Shown here: positions 1-10,974 of the stretch, one piece after another
How the letters are laid out: the number at the start of each line of letters is the position of its first letter
Numbering within the stretch: position 1 is the first letter of the stretch
Source: Octopus vulgaris
Taxonomy: Eukaryota
Reading direction: 5' to 3'
Assembly: GCA_951406725.2 (NCBI GenBank)
Contig: OX597816.1
Location: forward strand, 133,424,001-133,488,000
DNA length: 64,000 nt
The notes under the pieces: model-generated
What the model saw: the letters and a program-made list of their open reading frames with translations, nothing else
Database searches by the model: none
What the model was told of the DNA's origin: nothing
Translations under genes and position numbers: made by a program

Positions 1-345
1 AAGAAATGCAAAAATGAGTGATTTTATCTCCTAAAAATTCTGACTGTCTTGCAATAAATGAAAAAGTTTTTAATATTATACCAGAGGTCCATAAAACGTA
101 CTTAAGCACAGATTCAGTATCCTGCAATAATGAAGAGGAGGTTCAGAACTATCCATTTGAATTCATAAACTCACTCACTCCATCCGGTATGCCTCCTCAT
201 CGCCTCAACTTAAAAGTATGGGCTATTGTAATGCTGCTAAGAAATCTTTCAATCAGTCAAGGATTTTGTAATTGAACTCGCATGAAAGTGCAAAGACTTC
301 ATGAACATTGTGTAGAGGCATCATTGGTAACAGGCTCCAACAGTG
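1..345 (+). pseudogene. Helitron Rep/Hel PIF1-like helicase C-terminal fragment (disrupted)
   Basis: Translation ILSPKNSDCLAINEKV...YLSTDSV...YPFEFINSLTPSGMPPHRLNLKVWAIVMLLRNLSISQGFCN*TRMKVQRLHEHCVEA matches the PIF1/Helitron motif P.EFLNSL.PSG.PPH.L.LK.G..VMLLRNL...GLCNGTR. The TGA at 273-275 replaces the conserved Gly. Sequence to about 910 (CA tract then cttttatata) may be the element end. Confidence 0.88.
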
Positions 346-1164
346 AACACTGTTGTTCATTCAGTGTCCAGGCTGCAACTAAGCTAAACTCTTTCAAAAT
401 TGGTGCTTTTTTAGTGTTGGGCTGTACAGTCATGACAGACACGAGACAGATATACATTCATGCACACCTCTGGCCTATTGCTGTCCCCTTGTGTGTCTGT
501 CTTTCTTTAGATGTGTGCATAGTGTGTATGTGTCAGTCATCACAGAAATGTATGTATACTGACAGATACATACATCTTCACATACACACACATATACTTA
601 TCAGTCATGGGCCTAATGTACATAATGGACAAGCAACACACACACACTGACAGACATACAGACTCATTTAGGAAAATGTGACATTGCTGTTGTGGTATAA
701 AATGTCATTTACAATAGGTGACTTATATAAAGATTATAGTGTCAAATTTTTGTAATGTAAATATGTAAATGAAAACAGAGTTTATTTAGTAGCCAAAAGA
801 TTAGTGAATCTTTTGATACCTTTTATGTTAAAATTGGCAGCTCAGTTTTCGAATCCAGAAGGAACATATGAACACACACACACACACACACACATAAATT
901 CCCTTTTATATATATATATATATATACAGCAATAAGAAAATGGAGATCAAGAGGTGGTATTCATCAACTTTTAGACATTATATTATGTCTATTTATTTTT
1001 TTTTAAAATGACAATTATAACAATACACATACATGTATAACATTATGCTTTACATATACAATATATAAAATATAAACATACCAGTAATTAATAAAATATA
1101 TAATGTAGAGCATAGAAAGTAGGATAATATCTTACAGGTGTTTCAGCCAAGAGGCCATAGCACC

Positions 1165-1196
<32 letters not shown>

Positions 1197-1200
<4 letters not shown>

Positions 1201-1490
1201 CCAGTGCCGCTGGACTGGCTCCTGTGCAGGTGGCACATAAAAAGCACCATTTGAGCGTGGCTGTTGCCAATACCGCCTGACTGGCCCTTATGCCGGTGAC
1301 ACGTAAAAGCACCCACTACACTCTTGGAGTGGTTGCCCTTAGGAAGGGCATCCAACTGTAGAAACTTTGCCAGATCAGATTAGAGCCTGGTGCAGCCATC
1401 TGGTTCGCCAGACCTCAGTCAAATCATCCAAACCATGCTAGCATGGAAAGTGGATGTTAAACGATGAATATGATGATAATGTTGATGATG
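1197..1490 (+). mobile_element. Non-autonomous retroposon 3' part (RTE-like tail ending in (GAT)n)
   Basis: Contains GTGGTTGnCnTTAGGAAGGGCATCCA and CCATGCTAGCATGGAAAGTGGATGTTAAACGATG(ATG)n. The same tail recurs at 2378-2556, 23730-23958, 51920-52147 (+) and 44810-45000 (-). Confidence 0.8.
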
Positions 1491-1519
1491 ATATATATAT
1501 ATATACTATCATGTGATGT

Positions 1520-1567
<48 letters not shown>

Positions 1568-1583
1568 GTATTTATATATATAT

Positions 1584-2377
1584 AAAAGCACCGTCCGTTC
1601 GTGGCCGTTTGCCAGCTCTGTCTGGCCCCGTGCCGGTGACACGTAAAAGCACCATCCGCTCGTGTTCGTTGCTAGCCTCGGCTGGCAACCGTGCCGGTGA
1701 CACGTGAAAGCACCTTTCTACTCGTGTTCGTTGCCAGCCTCGGCTGGCCCCCGTGCCGGTGACACGTAAAAGCACCGTCCGTTCGTGCCCGTTTGCCAGC
1801 TCTGTCTGGCCCCGTGTCGGTGACATGTAAAAGCACCATCCGCTCGTGTTCGTTGCCAGCCTCGGCTGGCCCCCGTGCTGGTGACACGTAAAAGCACCAT
1901 CCGCTCGTGTTCGTTGCCAGCCTCAGCTGGCCCCCGTGCCGGTGACACGTAAAAGCACCGTCCGTTCGTGGCCGTTTGCCAGCTCTGTCTGGCCCTGTGT
2001 CGGTGACACGTAAAAGCACCATCCGCTCGTGTTCGTTGCCAGCCTCGGCTGGCCCCCGTGCCGGTGACACGTAAAAGCACCATCCGTTCGTGTTCGTTGC
2101 CAGCCTCGGCTGGCCCCCGTGCCGGTGACACGTAAAAGCACCGTCCGTTCGTGGCCGTTTGCCAGCTCTGTCTGGCCCCGTGTCGGTGACACGTAAAAGC
2201 ACCATCCGCTCGTGTTCGTTGCCAGCCTCGGCTGGCCCCCGTGCCGGTGACAAGTAAAAGCACCATCCGCTCGTGTTCATGCCAGCCTCGGCTGGCCCCG
2301 TGCCGGTGACACGTAAAAGCACCATCTGTTCGTGGCCGTTGTGTCAGCTCTGTCTGGCACCTGTGCAGGTGGCACGT
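1584..2377 (+). repeat. Tandem array of 13 x ~61-bp units in higher-order (ABB)x4+A arrangement
   Basis: Units start at 1584A, 1645B, 1706B, 1768A, 1829B, 1890B, 1951A, 2012B, 2073B, 2134A, 2195B, 2256B and 2315A'. Shared core CTGGCCCC(C)GTGYCGGTGACACGTAAAAGCACC. Confidence 0.95.
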
Positions 2378-2556
2378 AAAAAACACCCACTACACTCGCG
2401 GAGTGGTTGGCGTTAGGAAGGACATCCAGCCGTAGAAACACTGCCAAATCTGACTGGGCCTGATGAAGCCTTCCGGCTTCACAGACCCCAGTTAAACCGT
2501 CCAACCCATGCTAGCATGGAAAACGGACGCTAAATGATGATGATGATGATGATGAT
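2378..2556 (+). mobile_element. Retroposon 3' tail continuing from the tandem array
   Basis: GGAGTGGTTGGCGTTAGGAAGGACATCCAGCCGTAGAAA...CCAACCCATGCTAGCATGGAAAACGGACGCTAAAT(GAT)n; CpGs are retained. Confidence 0.8.
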
Positions 2557-2769
2557 ATATATATATATATCTTGACATCCCATGATAGTTGTAAACAAGA
2601 GTCACTATCATACAAGTGGTTTCATTTATTTCCAAACTTCATCATGAAAGTATGTCCAGTCATGGAGAAATATTATCTTACTTGCAAACAAGGATTGGCA
2701 ACAGGAAGGGCATCAGGCTGAAGAAAATCTGCCTTAAATTCTATCTGGCCAAGCACGGTAGGTGGTTGT

Positions 2770-3650
2770 TTAACTCTTTCACAAGCAGATAATTTTTTTA
2801 AATCTCTGTAGCGAGTGAATAATTTTCACAAAATTTGCATTCCAATATTGTTCTATAGTGTGTTTAGACATGAGTCCAATATTCTAAAGCAAACTGACAA
2901 AATTGTCATAACCTTTCAAGCATTAGAATTGCCACGGATGCATTTTGGAATGATTTTGAAGTGATCCCATGTTTCTCGTGTGCTAAGTGAAATATTGGTT
3001 TCTGTCACAAGATAATTTTAAAGAGAAGGCTCAATACCAACAGTAGCATAAAAAAAAAAATTATTAATAGGCTTATCTTCATTTGCATCAGGAGTGTCAG
3101 TCATTTTTCAAGTCACTTACACATATCAAGTTATCTGAAGGGCCATCATCTGCACTGTCAGAGGTACCAGCATCACCATGCAATTCATTTCCATAGCAGA
3201 CTCAGCATACCCTCACTATCCACATCACTTGCATATGCATCATACTTGTTATCTGAATTGGTACCTGAGTCATAAAAATAGGACAAATTAAGATCAATAT
3301 CACTATCCAGAGTGTCATTGTTATTGTCAGACACCTCTAAGATAACAAACATTTTGTCTATACTGAATAAAGACTGTCTTGTGAGTAGAACAATACGAAC
3401 CATTGGGTGCCGCCATAATGTTCTTGAGAATTTGAATCTATTAAGATACCATTCTAAATATATGTTGTAATGACATGCAAATCACAGGAATTCTATAGAA
3501 TGAATACAGTGGTGTTTTGTAATGATATTTTGACACATCAATATTCAATATTCAATGATCAGCCCATAGGAAAATGCCTTACATTGAGCACTGGCAAAAA
3601 ACCGCCAAAATGTTGTTCAGTGACAGTGGTGGCAGTGATGACGACAATTT
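2770..3650 (-). mobile_element. Possible decayed piggyBac-like DNA transposon relic
   Basis: TTAA followed by CTCTTTC (CCCTTT-like terminus) at about 2770. The minus-strand reading around 3185-3416 is Asp/Ser-rich (VSDNNNDTLDSDIDL...DSGTNSDNKYDAYASDVDSEG), like acidic piggyBac N-termini. The other end was not found. Confidence 0.35.
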
Positions 3651-4227
3651 TTCAAAGAAAATTCTATAAACCAATTTTTAATTAGAGGAGGAAAGGTAGT
3701 CTGCATGACTTTTGTGAGGATTCAGAGGCTGGGAAGGTGAGAAAAGGGCAGGAAAAATGACTTCTCATGAGCAGGAGGAAAGTACACATCAAATTACTGA
3801 ATTATCCTGAGATGAGAAACCGTGTCCAAATGTTTGTCAGAAAGCAAACTTTGTTGAAGGAATCATTGGGCTAAGTGATGGCACTAAACAATGTGAAGAA
3901 TAAGGTCTACTACCTAAGACATAACATACATTAATACATAGATTTCAAAGATATCATAGAATAAAATTTATAAATTTCTTTTCAGGATATAGACCACCAC
4001 AGAATTAAGAGCAAATCAAAGAAGAAAGCTTCTGCATATTTTTCAAATTCAGAACATCACCCGTGAATGTAATTAACCAAATTTATGCTATTGAAATGGA
4101 CTATTTCCTGTGTTTTAAATAATGTAAATTATACTAAACAAAGATTATTCACAAATCTTTGTTAGTTGATTAGCAAGCTGAAATAGACTCTACCTAAGCT
4201 ATGTTAATATTTAATAGTGACATAGGT

Positions 4228-4430
4228 AGCAAGCTAGCAGAGTTAGCATGCTGAACAAAATGTTAAGTAGCATTTCGTCCGTCTTTATGTTCTCAGTTCA
4301 AATTCCTCTGAGGTCAACTGTGTCTTTCATCCTTTCGGGGGTCGATAAAATAATACCAGTTGAGTACTTGGCTCAATGTAAACAACTTACTCCCACCCCC
4401 AAAATACTGGCCTTGTGCCAAAATTTGAAA
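4228..4430 (+). mobile_element. tRNA-derived SINE (family also at 18836, 26600, 33610, 37640, 43615, 46520, 50820, 52200, 53600, 53960)
   Basis: Head GCAAGCTAGCAGA..GTTAGCA, B-box-like GTTCAAATTCC, body TTTCATCCTTTCGGGGGTCGATAAAAT, tail GGCCTTGTGCCAAAATTTGAAA. Confidence 0.8.
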
Positions 4431-4461
4431 TTGGTATTTAATAGTGACTTTCCCCCTAAGT

Positions 4462-5670
4462 ATGATGCTCCACCTCCTAAACACAGCCTCGATCACTGAT
4501 TCCCAACACGGCTTCGTGCCGAAGGGATCATGCTTGACCAACTTACTAGTAATGGAAGAATTGGTGACGCGCATCCTCGATGATAGTGATGCTGTTGACA
4601 TCGTTTTATTGGACTTTGCCAAAGCTTTTGACTTGGTAAACCACCGCCTACTACTTGTCAAGCTTCAAGCATATAGTTTCCACCCGGATATTGTACGATG
4701 GGTTGGTGCCTTCCTCTCAGATCGCTCCTTCCAAGTTCAAGTTAATGGTTCGCGGTCCGACGTCTCCAGTGCGAGCAGTGGCGTGCCTCAAGGTTCAGTG
4801 CTTGGGCCCTTGTTGTTCTTAGTCTTCATAAATGACTTGCCCGACGACCTCACGCAACACACCCTTCTATTTGCCGACGATATCAAACTGGTCGCTCCTC
4901 GTGGTAGTATAGAGGATCTTTGTCGATGCCTCCACCAAATTTGGAAGTGGTCTAACGATTGGGACCTGTGTCTGAACATGTCAAAGTGCTGTCATCTGCC
5001 TGTCGGCTCTACTCCTGCAACTCAACTTGATTTCGAGCTGGGTCGTCTGCTGCTGGAGAGGACCGATCAGGTAAAGGACCTGGGTATCTTGGTGGATTCC
5101 TCTTTTAGGCCTTCGGCCCAGTGCGTCCATGCTGCCAACAAAGCACGCGGAATTCTGTTTTTGATTCAACGGTCATTCGGAATGCTCACAGCAGCCATAT
5201 TCCTACCACTCTATGTCACGCTGGTGAGACCCATATTGGAGTATGGGATTCAAGCCTCTTCTCCTTATCTCCTCAAAGACATACAGCATCTCGAAAGAGT
5301 CCAGAAGCTGGCTACCCGCATGGTTCATGGTCTCAAAAATTTGTCCTACGAAGAAAGGCTGAGGACGCTCGACCTTTATTCTCTTGAAAAACGCCGCCGC
5401 CGTGGTGATCTCATTCTCGCCCACAACATCATAAGCGGGAAGTGTAACCTCTCGAAAGAGCTGTTCTTCACTCCTGCTCCGGAGCGTCGGCTGCGGGGTC
5501 ATTCCGAAAAGCTCTACCTGCAACGATTTCATCTCAATCGAAGGAGAGGAGCTTTCTCCGTCCGGGTTGCAGATCCGTGGAACAAGCTGCCAGACGAGAT
5601 GGTGAAGATGCCGACGACCGCTTTGTTCAAAGCCTCCCTGGACCTCAAGTGGCCTGAACTCTTTACATGA
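4462..5670 (+). CDS. LINE ORF2 reverse transcriptase, C-terminal part, uninterrupted
   Basis: QHGF..KGSCLTNLL, VDIVLLDFAKAFD, SGVPQGSVLGPLLFLVFINDL, LFADDIKL, LVRPILEY, LERVQKLATR, YEERL..LDLYSLEKRRRRGDLI, LRGH, FSVRV..WNKLP are CR1-type RT and C-terminal motifs. There is no endonuclease domain (truncated). Confidence 0.93.
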   Translation: MMLHLLNTASITDSQHGFVPKGSCLTNLLVMEELVTRILDDSDAVDIVLLDFAKAFDLVNHRLLLVKLQAYSFHPDIVRWVGAFLSDRSFQVQVNGSRSDVSSASSGVPQGSVLGPLLFLVFINDLPDDLTQHTLLFADDIKLVAPRGSIEDLCRCLHQIWKWSNDWDLCLNMSKCCHLPVGSTPATQLDFELGRLLLERTDQVKDLGILVDSSFRPSAQCVHAANKARGILFLIQRSFGMLTAAIFLPLYVTLVRPILEYGIQASSPYLLKDIQHLERVQKLATRMVHGLKNLSYEERLRTLDLYSLEKRRRRGDLILAHNIISGKCNLSKELFFTPAPERRLRGHSEKLYLQRFHLNRRRGAFSVRVADPWNKLPDEMVKMPTTALFKASLDLKWPELFT

Positions 5671-5757
5671 ACACCACCCTGTACTTAACTCCATGTCCCC
5701 CTACATGGCCTTGCTATTTGCTTTTGAGCCAAATTAACTAACTAACTAACTAACTAA
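4462..5757 (+). mobile_element. 5'-truncated CR1-clade LINE with (TAAC)n tail
   Basis: RT ORF, short 3' UTR and (TAAC)n tail at about 5735-5757. CTAAGT flanks both ends (4456-4461 and 5754-5759), a likely target-site duplication. Confidence 0.92.
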
Positions 5758-7594
5758 GTGTGTAAATTTGAGAGATTGATCCTTAATTGTTTTAAATAAT
5801 CCCCACTTTTTACTGGATGAAGCTTGCAATTATTGTTTGGTTTTTGGTTTTCTTTCTTCAACTAAGAGAAAATTTCAATTAATTAAGAATTATTTGCATA
5901 CAACATTCAGTTCATTAGTTCTTAATTATCCAAATCAATACCATTGAGCCATTTGTGTTATTTCCCTTACTTCTTTTGATTCTATTTTTGATTATGCAAA
6001 TTTAATTATACCAATTTCAAATTATTCATTTCTCTTTTCCTAACTGTAAAACTTTCTATCATCTGATAAGCAGACTTGGTTTATTCTATGTTGATGACAT
6101 TTAGATAAACCAAAATGTGTCTATAACCCGCCCTTGTCTAAAAACACAAATTAACTTTATGAGATTAATTCTTAAATTTTTAAATTGTCTCACTTTTTCT
6201 TTGGGGGGTTAATAATTGCAATCAGATTTTTGCTTTTCTCCAACTTAAAGACAAATTTCAACTAATAATGATTACTTTTTATAGGCATGTCTGTATGGTT
6301 AAGAAGTTTGTTTTCCAAACATGTGGTTTGGGGTTCAATGCCACCGCATAGTACCTTGGACAGGTGTTTTCTAGTATTGTTCAGGCCGACCTAAGCCTTA
6401 AGAATGGATTAGGTAAACATAATTGGAATTGTATGGATATGATGTGTATGTACTTTCAACAGTTGTAAACAAGTGTTACTGTCATACAAGCAGTGTCGTT
6501 TGTTTCAAATCTTTCATGAAAACATAGCCTGTCATGGCGAAATATTAACTTACTTGGAAATAAGTGATATCTGGAAACAGGAAGGGCTGTGGAAAATTTC
6601 AAAAATTTCATCTGATCCACGAACACAGAAAAGTAGACATTAAAACAATAATGATGGTATATGTACAGGATTCATAATTTTACTCCTTTAATTATTTTCA
6701 AATTTATATTGACACAAAGAAAAATCTGAAGTAAAATGGTTCATAAACAGCAAAAGTTGGCCATTTTAAATAAAAGTTGGTCAGGAATTAAAGAATTAAC
6801 TGAGCATTCACAAACTGAAGGAACTAAAGGCAATGTAATGCCATAATTTGCAGTTTATTGAAACTTTGAATTTCAAGCTTCAACTTTTGTAAATGATATT
6901 TGATAATTTCTTGTTACTTCATTGTACATCTATTTTTCCATTCTTGCATGGATTGAAGGAATACTTGTTACTGAGGCATTATTTTTTTACAGTCTGATAA
7001 CACCCTTCTCTTGTAAGGAACTGCATCCTCCTCAGTTTTCAATTTCTCCACCATACTCAAAAAGTAAAACGAGTTGGTTTCAGTTACACTTCTATTTAGG
7101 TTGAAAAGGTTTGGGAAACAGTTCAAAATAATGTAAAACAAGGTAGTGATAGAACATCAACTGAAAATCTTTCTTTAAAAAAACATAGGTGAAAATGACA
7201 AAAATGCAGTAGTACAAACGTCAGAGAAAAAGGCACTCATAAAAGAAAATAGACTAAGTAAAGATAATACACATAGTTGGGGTTTTAAGCAGACAACAGC
7301 ATAGCTTGTGACAATGGAAACGGTGGCTTTTGATCAGCTAAAATTACCCAAAATGTGCAAGCTTTAAAAGCTATTATCTTTTTATTTATTAACTTATTGC
7401 AAAAATGAATTTCATTTCCATAATTAGCATACAAAACTACATCAGTACACTCAGTTTGAAAACAATAGAAGCAAAAGTAAAAGTAAAGATCCCTGAAATT
7501 AACTGCACTGTCTTTGTGTCCTAAGCCATCTGAATCTGGCAAGAAAGGAGACAAATGTCATCCATTTGCCTCAACTCTCTGATTATTGCTTAGT

Positions 7595-8000
7595 AGACCG
7601 ATCAAAGGGAATCTATGGTGGTTCAATCATGGTGCTTCCACTGACGAAATTTTCAATAACCATGCACCATATTACAATCAAATACTCATCACTAGCGGCT
7701 TCTCCTAACAAATAAAATACATCCATAACACCAGTTATCAAGCGGGCAGACGCCACTGCGCATGCAATTCTTACCACCAGAATTCCTACCTCTTCAAACT
7801 ATGATGTTGAGAAGACTGTTAGCTTAGGTGCGTCTTTCATCTTGCTCAAAATAGTCAAATTCAACATTCAACACCAAGGAAAGTCTCTTCTCTCAAATGA
7901 ATGATTTTGAAGTGAATCTGAGCCAAAATCTTCCCGAGTTCACTATAACGGCATTTACTCTCTTCATATCCCTTCATTTGCATGGTTCCAACCAATTTGC
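7595..8000 (+). pseudogene. Penelope-like element RT thumb/linker fragment
   Basis: The frame from 7637 reads STDEIFNNHAPYYNQILITSGFS*QIKY, like the PLE motif SS.EE.FN.AAPYYN.AL..SG. Downstream GCATGGTTCCAACCA (AWFQP) resembles the PLE IWFNPP motif. Confidence 0.7.
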
Positions 8001-8063
8001 ATTTTAAATATGGTAACCTCATGATATTATGGATATTTCATCTTCAAATACCTCTAAAGCAAA

Positions 8064-9960
8064 CAGTGGCCAGGGAATGAAATTTGCTTAGTGAGTGCAA
8101 ACTCAGGTCCAAATTTTTTACAAACAAGGCTGATTTTTTTGTCAAAACAAACACAAGTATAATAATATTTTGCGTTATTATACATGGAAAATTAATGCTT
8201 CAAAACATTCCAAAAGTTTTTATATACTCACTCGTTTTGGTGATGAGGTTTTCCAAGAGGATGTCCAAAGTTCTTTTGGATCTTTTCTGTTTGGCTGCCA
8301 AGGTTTCAAAAATTAAAGTTTATCAACAATTTTTAAATTTGGTACATTAATGTAGTTTTCCAAGCTGAATTGCTGGAGTTATTTCCCTTTTTCCCCAAAA
8401 AAAACTTTTTCTTAAAGTTATAGAGGTTTAAAGTTTGATCATTTTCACCCAGTCAGGAAACAGGATTTGGAAACCGTCATTTTGTGCATGACCGCACATT
8501 TTGTCATCAGCATCCTGAAAATAGCATGTTTTGTCAATATGTGATTTCTGCATGCAGAAAACAAATAAACAACTCATCTTTTGTAGTTTTAAGCATTCAA
8601 TATACATTTAGTGTGATAAGCAGCATATTACAAATTAAATATTTCTCAAAATAGACTTATAGCACAAACTTATAAGATTTATCTAAAAACAAAAATAGAT
8701 CGGTAAAATTTCCAGGCTAGGAAAACAGTAGAACACAGCATCAATAAGTGGTTTCAACAAGTGGTATCAACACATGCTTTCTTGCAGACAAAAGAGTTCT
8801 CATGTTCAGTTTGTTACTATGGAAATAGGCATGAATGTGTGTGTGGCTTATGATTAGCTAAAATTACCCCAAATTTTCAAACTTTAATTGCTAATAACTT
8901 TTTAATTAATGATTAATGGCGAAAATAATTTTCATGGCATTGATTAGCCTATAAAAGTGTACCATTACACTAAATATGAAATCAATTTGAACAGAAATTG
9001 ACCTTGGCAGCCAAACAGAAAAGATTGTGTTTTCATTGCACAAGTTTTTGTGTACACACATAGCAGCATAGAGTGTTAGACAGTGTTGCATCATTGTGCT
9101 ATGGAGTCAGGTCTTCAAATAGCAAAGTTTGGTGAACATTTTTTTGCTTGATGCAACAAACACAGGCTTGCAACATGACATTCTCATCACAAAATCTTGT
9201 CCATTGTGCTTCCAGAAGAATGGTGCACTGGTGAACAAAGTTCAGTGCATCAGTGATCATGGCAACTTTAGATCCAACTTTTTGGAGGACAAGTGTGCAA
9301 AATATGTACCAGGAAACATTTAATCTCATTTGTATGCCTGAAATGTTTCCACCCATGGTACATGCACTGTCAAAGGCAAAAGCAGCATAATTTTGACTCC
9401 AGGGAAATGTTTAGGCAACAGAAACATCCAGAATAACCTTAGTCAGTGTCTCCAAAGTGTAGTCAGGAGGGTTGTAAAAACTAAGAACATCTTCATGGAC
9501 ATCCAGGTCTTCAGAAACATAATGGACAATGATTGATTCTTGTTCCATGCCAGTGCAATCACATATAACATCAATAAACATGGAATCTTCAACTTTTTTT
9601 TTCTCATCTCATGTAGGGTTTTATAAGCATATGCTTCTAGGATTTCATTTTGTATGGTATCAAATAGGATATTAACACATTGTCTAAGCTGCTGACTTAT
9701 TTCTGCACCATATTCTTCGGCAAGTTCTTTTATGAGGTTTATAAAGTTTCCTGTGATATGTATTAATTTTCTCTTTGAAGATGTAACTAGTAACTTTTTT
9801 TATCTTTTACTAAGAATATTCCTTGATCCTTCTACGATGGAACTGCTATTATCTTTCATTAAGGATTTCCTCAATTCTCTGATCATGAAAGTGCTAACCA
9901 CTATTATCTTTCACTAAATATGTTCTTTTATTCTTTGATGAACCACAGCTTGATGCTGAC
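8064..9960 (-). pseudogene. hAT (ZMYM1/DUF4371-like) transposase pseudogene, interrupted by a Merlin-type element
   Basis: Minus-strand pieces GNFINLIKEL, IQNEILE, EQESIIVHYVSEDLDVHEDVLSFY, AFDSACTMGGNISGIQMRL, LVLQKV..ITDALNFV, with stops and frameshifts. A CAGTGGCCAGGG hAT-like terminus lies at 8064. Confidence 0.8.
8278..9027 (-). mobile_element. Non-autonomous Merlin-type DNA transposon (copy 2, inverted relative to 12774-14277)
   Basis: TIRs GGATCTTTTCTGTTTGGCTGCCAAGG and CCTTGGCAGCCAAACAGAAAAGAT. Both subterminal regions match the reverse complement of the ends of 12774-14277. Confidence 0.85.
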
Positions 9961-10441
9961 TGGTTGCTTGTGTGTGTCTGTGTCTGTGTTTGTGTTAGTT
10001 CACCATTCTACTTGACAATCAGTGTTGGTTTGTTTACATCTCTGTAAGTTATTGGTTCAGTAAAAGAGACTAATAAAATAAATACCAGACTAAAAAATAA
10101 GTTCTGAGATTAATTTTTTCTACTAAACCTATCAGTCTGATGGCAAAAAATAGTAAAAGATAAAAGATATATGATAGGCTTCCATACAATTTTTGTTTAC
10201 CAAGTGTACACACAGTGCAATGATCAACCTAAGTTACAAGATATTTGACCAAGGTACCAGGCAACACAATAGAACTTGAAACCATATGGTTACAAAGGAA
10301 ATTTTGTCTTCCCCAGTGAAGATCAATTAAATCAACCATCATTCTTCTCTTTATAATCTTTTGTCTGGAATCTCAGGGTGGTCATTAAATTTATTAAGAC
10401 AGTAACCAAATCTCCCTCATACCACAGTCTTAAAAGAAACA

Positions 10442-10974
10442 CATTTGATTCTTAACTGGGGTCCATATGGCCCTTGGCAGTCCACATAGGATTCCATTGT
10501 TAAAAATTTATGAGCAATAAATTGGTTATACTTCTGAAGAAATAATAAATGCGCCCTTTTTAAAGCCTAGCCAGGCTCATGGGCCCGGTTTCCCGGTTTC
10601 TATGACGTATGTGTTACCCAGCTAGAAGGACACCAGTCCATCGCAGCATTACTCATTTTTGCCAGCTGAGTGGACTGGAGTAACGTGAAATGAAGTGTTT
10701 TGCTCAAGAACACAATGCATCGCCCAGTCCAGGAATCAAAACCACAATCTTATGATCATGATGCTGACACCCTAACCACTAAGCTACGCGCCTCCACTGG
10801 TTATACTTCTACAATACACAAAATATTTTAACAACCTTTTTAATAAAATTTCTTATAATATTTAATTAGGAAAATACAACAGGATTTTTTAAAATATTGA
10901 ATGGCTATGGAGGTCAACCAGAGTAAGATAGGAATCAAAGGGGTCCATAGGTGAAAAATGTTTGAGAACCACTG
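10442..10974. mobile_element. hAT/Charlie-like MITE split by a SINE
   Basis: Right end TTGAGAACCACTG, degenerate left end TGATTCTTAACTGGGGTCC, repeated GGGGTCCA subterminal motif. Confidence 0.6.
10536..10797 (-). mobile_element. tRNA-derived SINE with 13-bp TSD
   Basis: Minus-strand head GTGGAGGCGCGTAGCTTAGTGGTTAGGG (A box) and GGTTTTGATTCC (B box). Perfect TSD TGGTTATACTTCT at 10523-10535 and 10798-10810. Confidence 0.9.

Noticed and set aside
1625-1700. Pistol ribozyme resemblance (CGUG..CACG-UAAA with loop pseudoknot)
   Set aside because: The pseudoknot partner follows immediately, with no P2 strand, GCG linker or GU cleavage junction in the pistol arrangement.
1584-2377. CRISPR array
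   Set aside because: There are no unique spacers, since the intervening sequences are two recurring variants. There are no cas genes and the context is a eukaryotic retroposon.
1672-2386. 217-aa and 222-aa minus-strand ORFs
   Set aside because: They are by-products of the stop-poor 183-bp higher-order repeat and the peptides are simply periodic.
2460-2485. CTGATGA followed by hairpin AGCC-TTCC-GGCT as a hammerhead
   Set aside because: No GAAA box follows, and sister copies read CTGGTGCAG here, so it is a chance mutation.
3986-4066. Possible terminal exon after TTTTCAG
   Set aside because: Short, no recognisable peptide, and no supporting upstream exon in the window.
5203-5694. 163-aa antisense ORF in the LINE
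   Set aside because: Shadow frame of a GC-rich intact RT ORF, with no motif.
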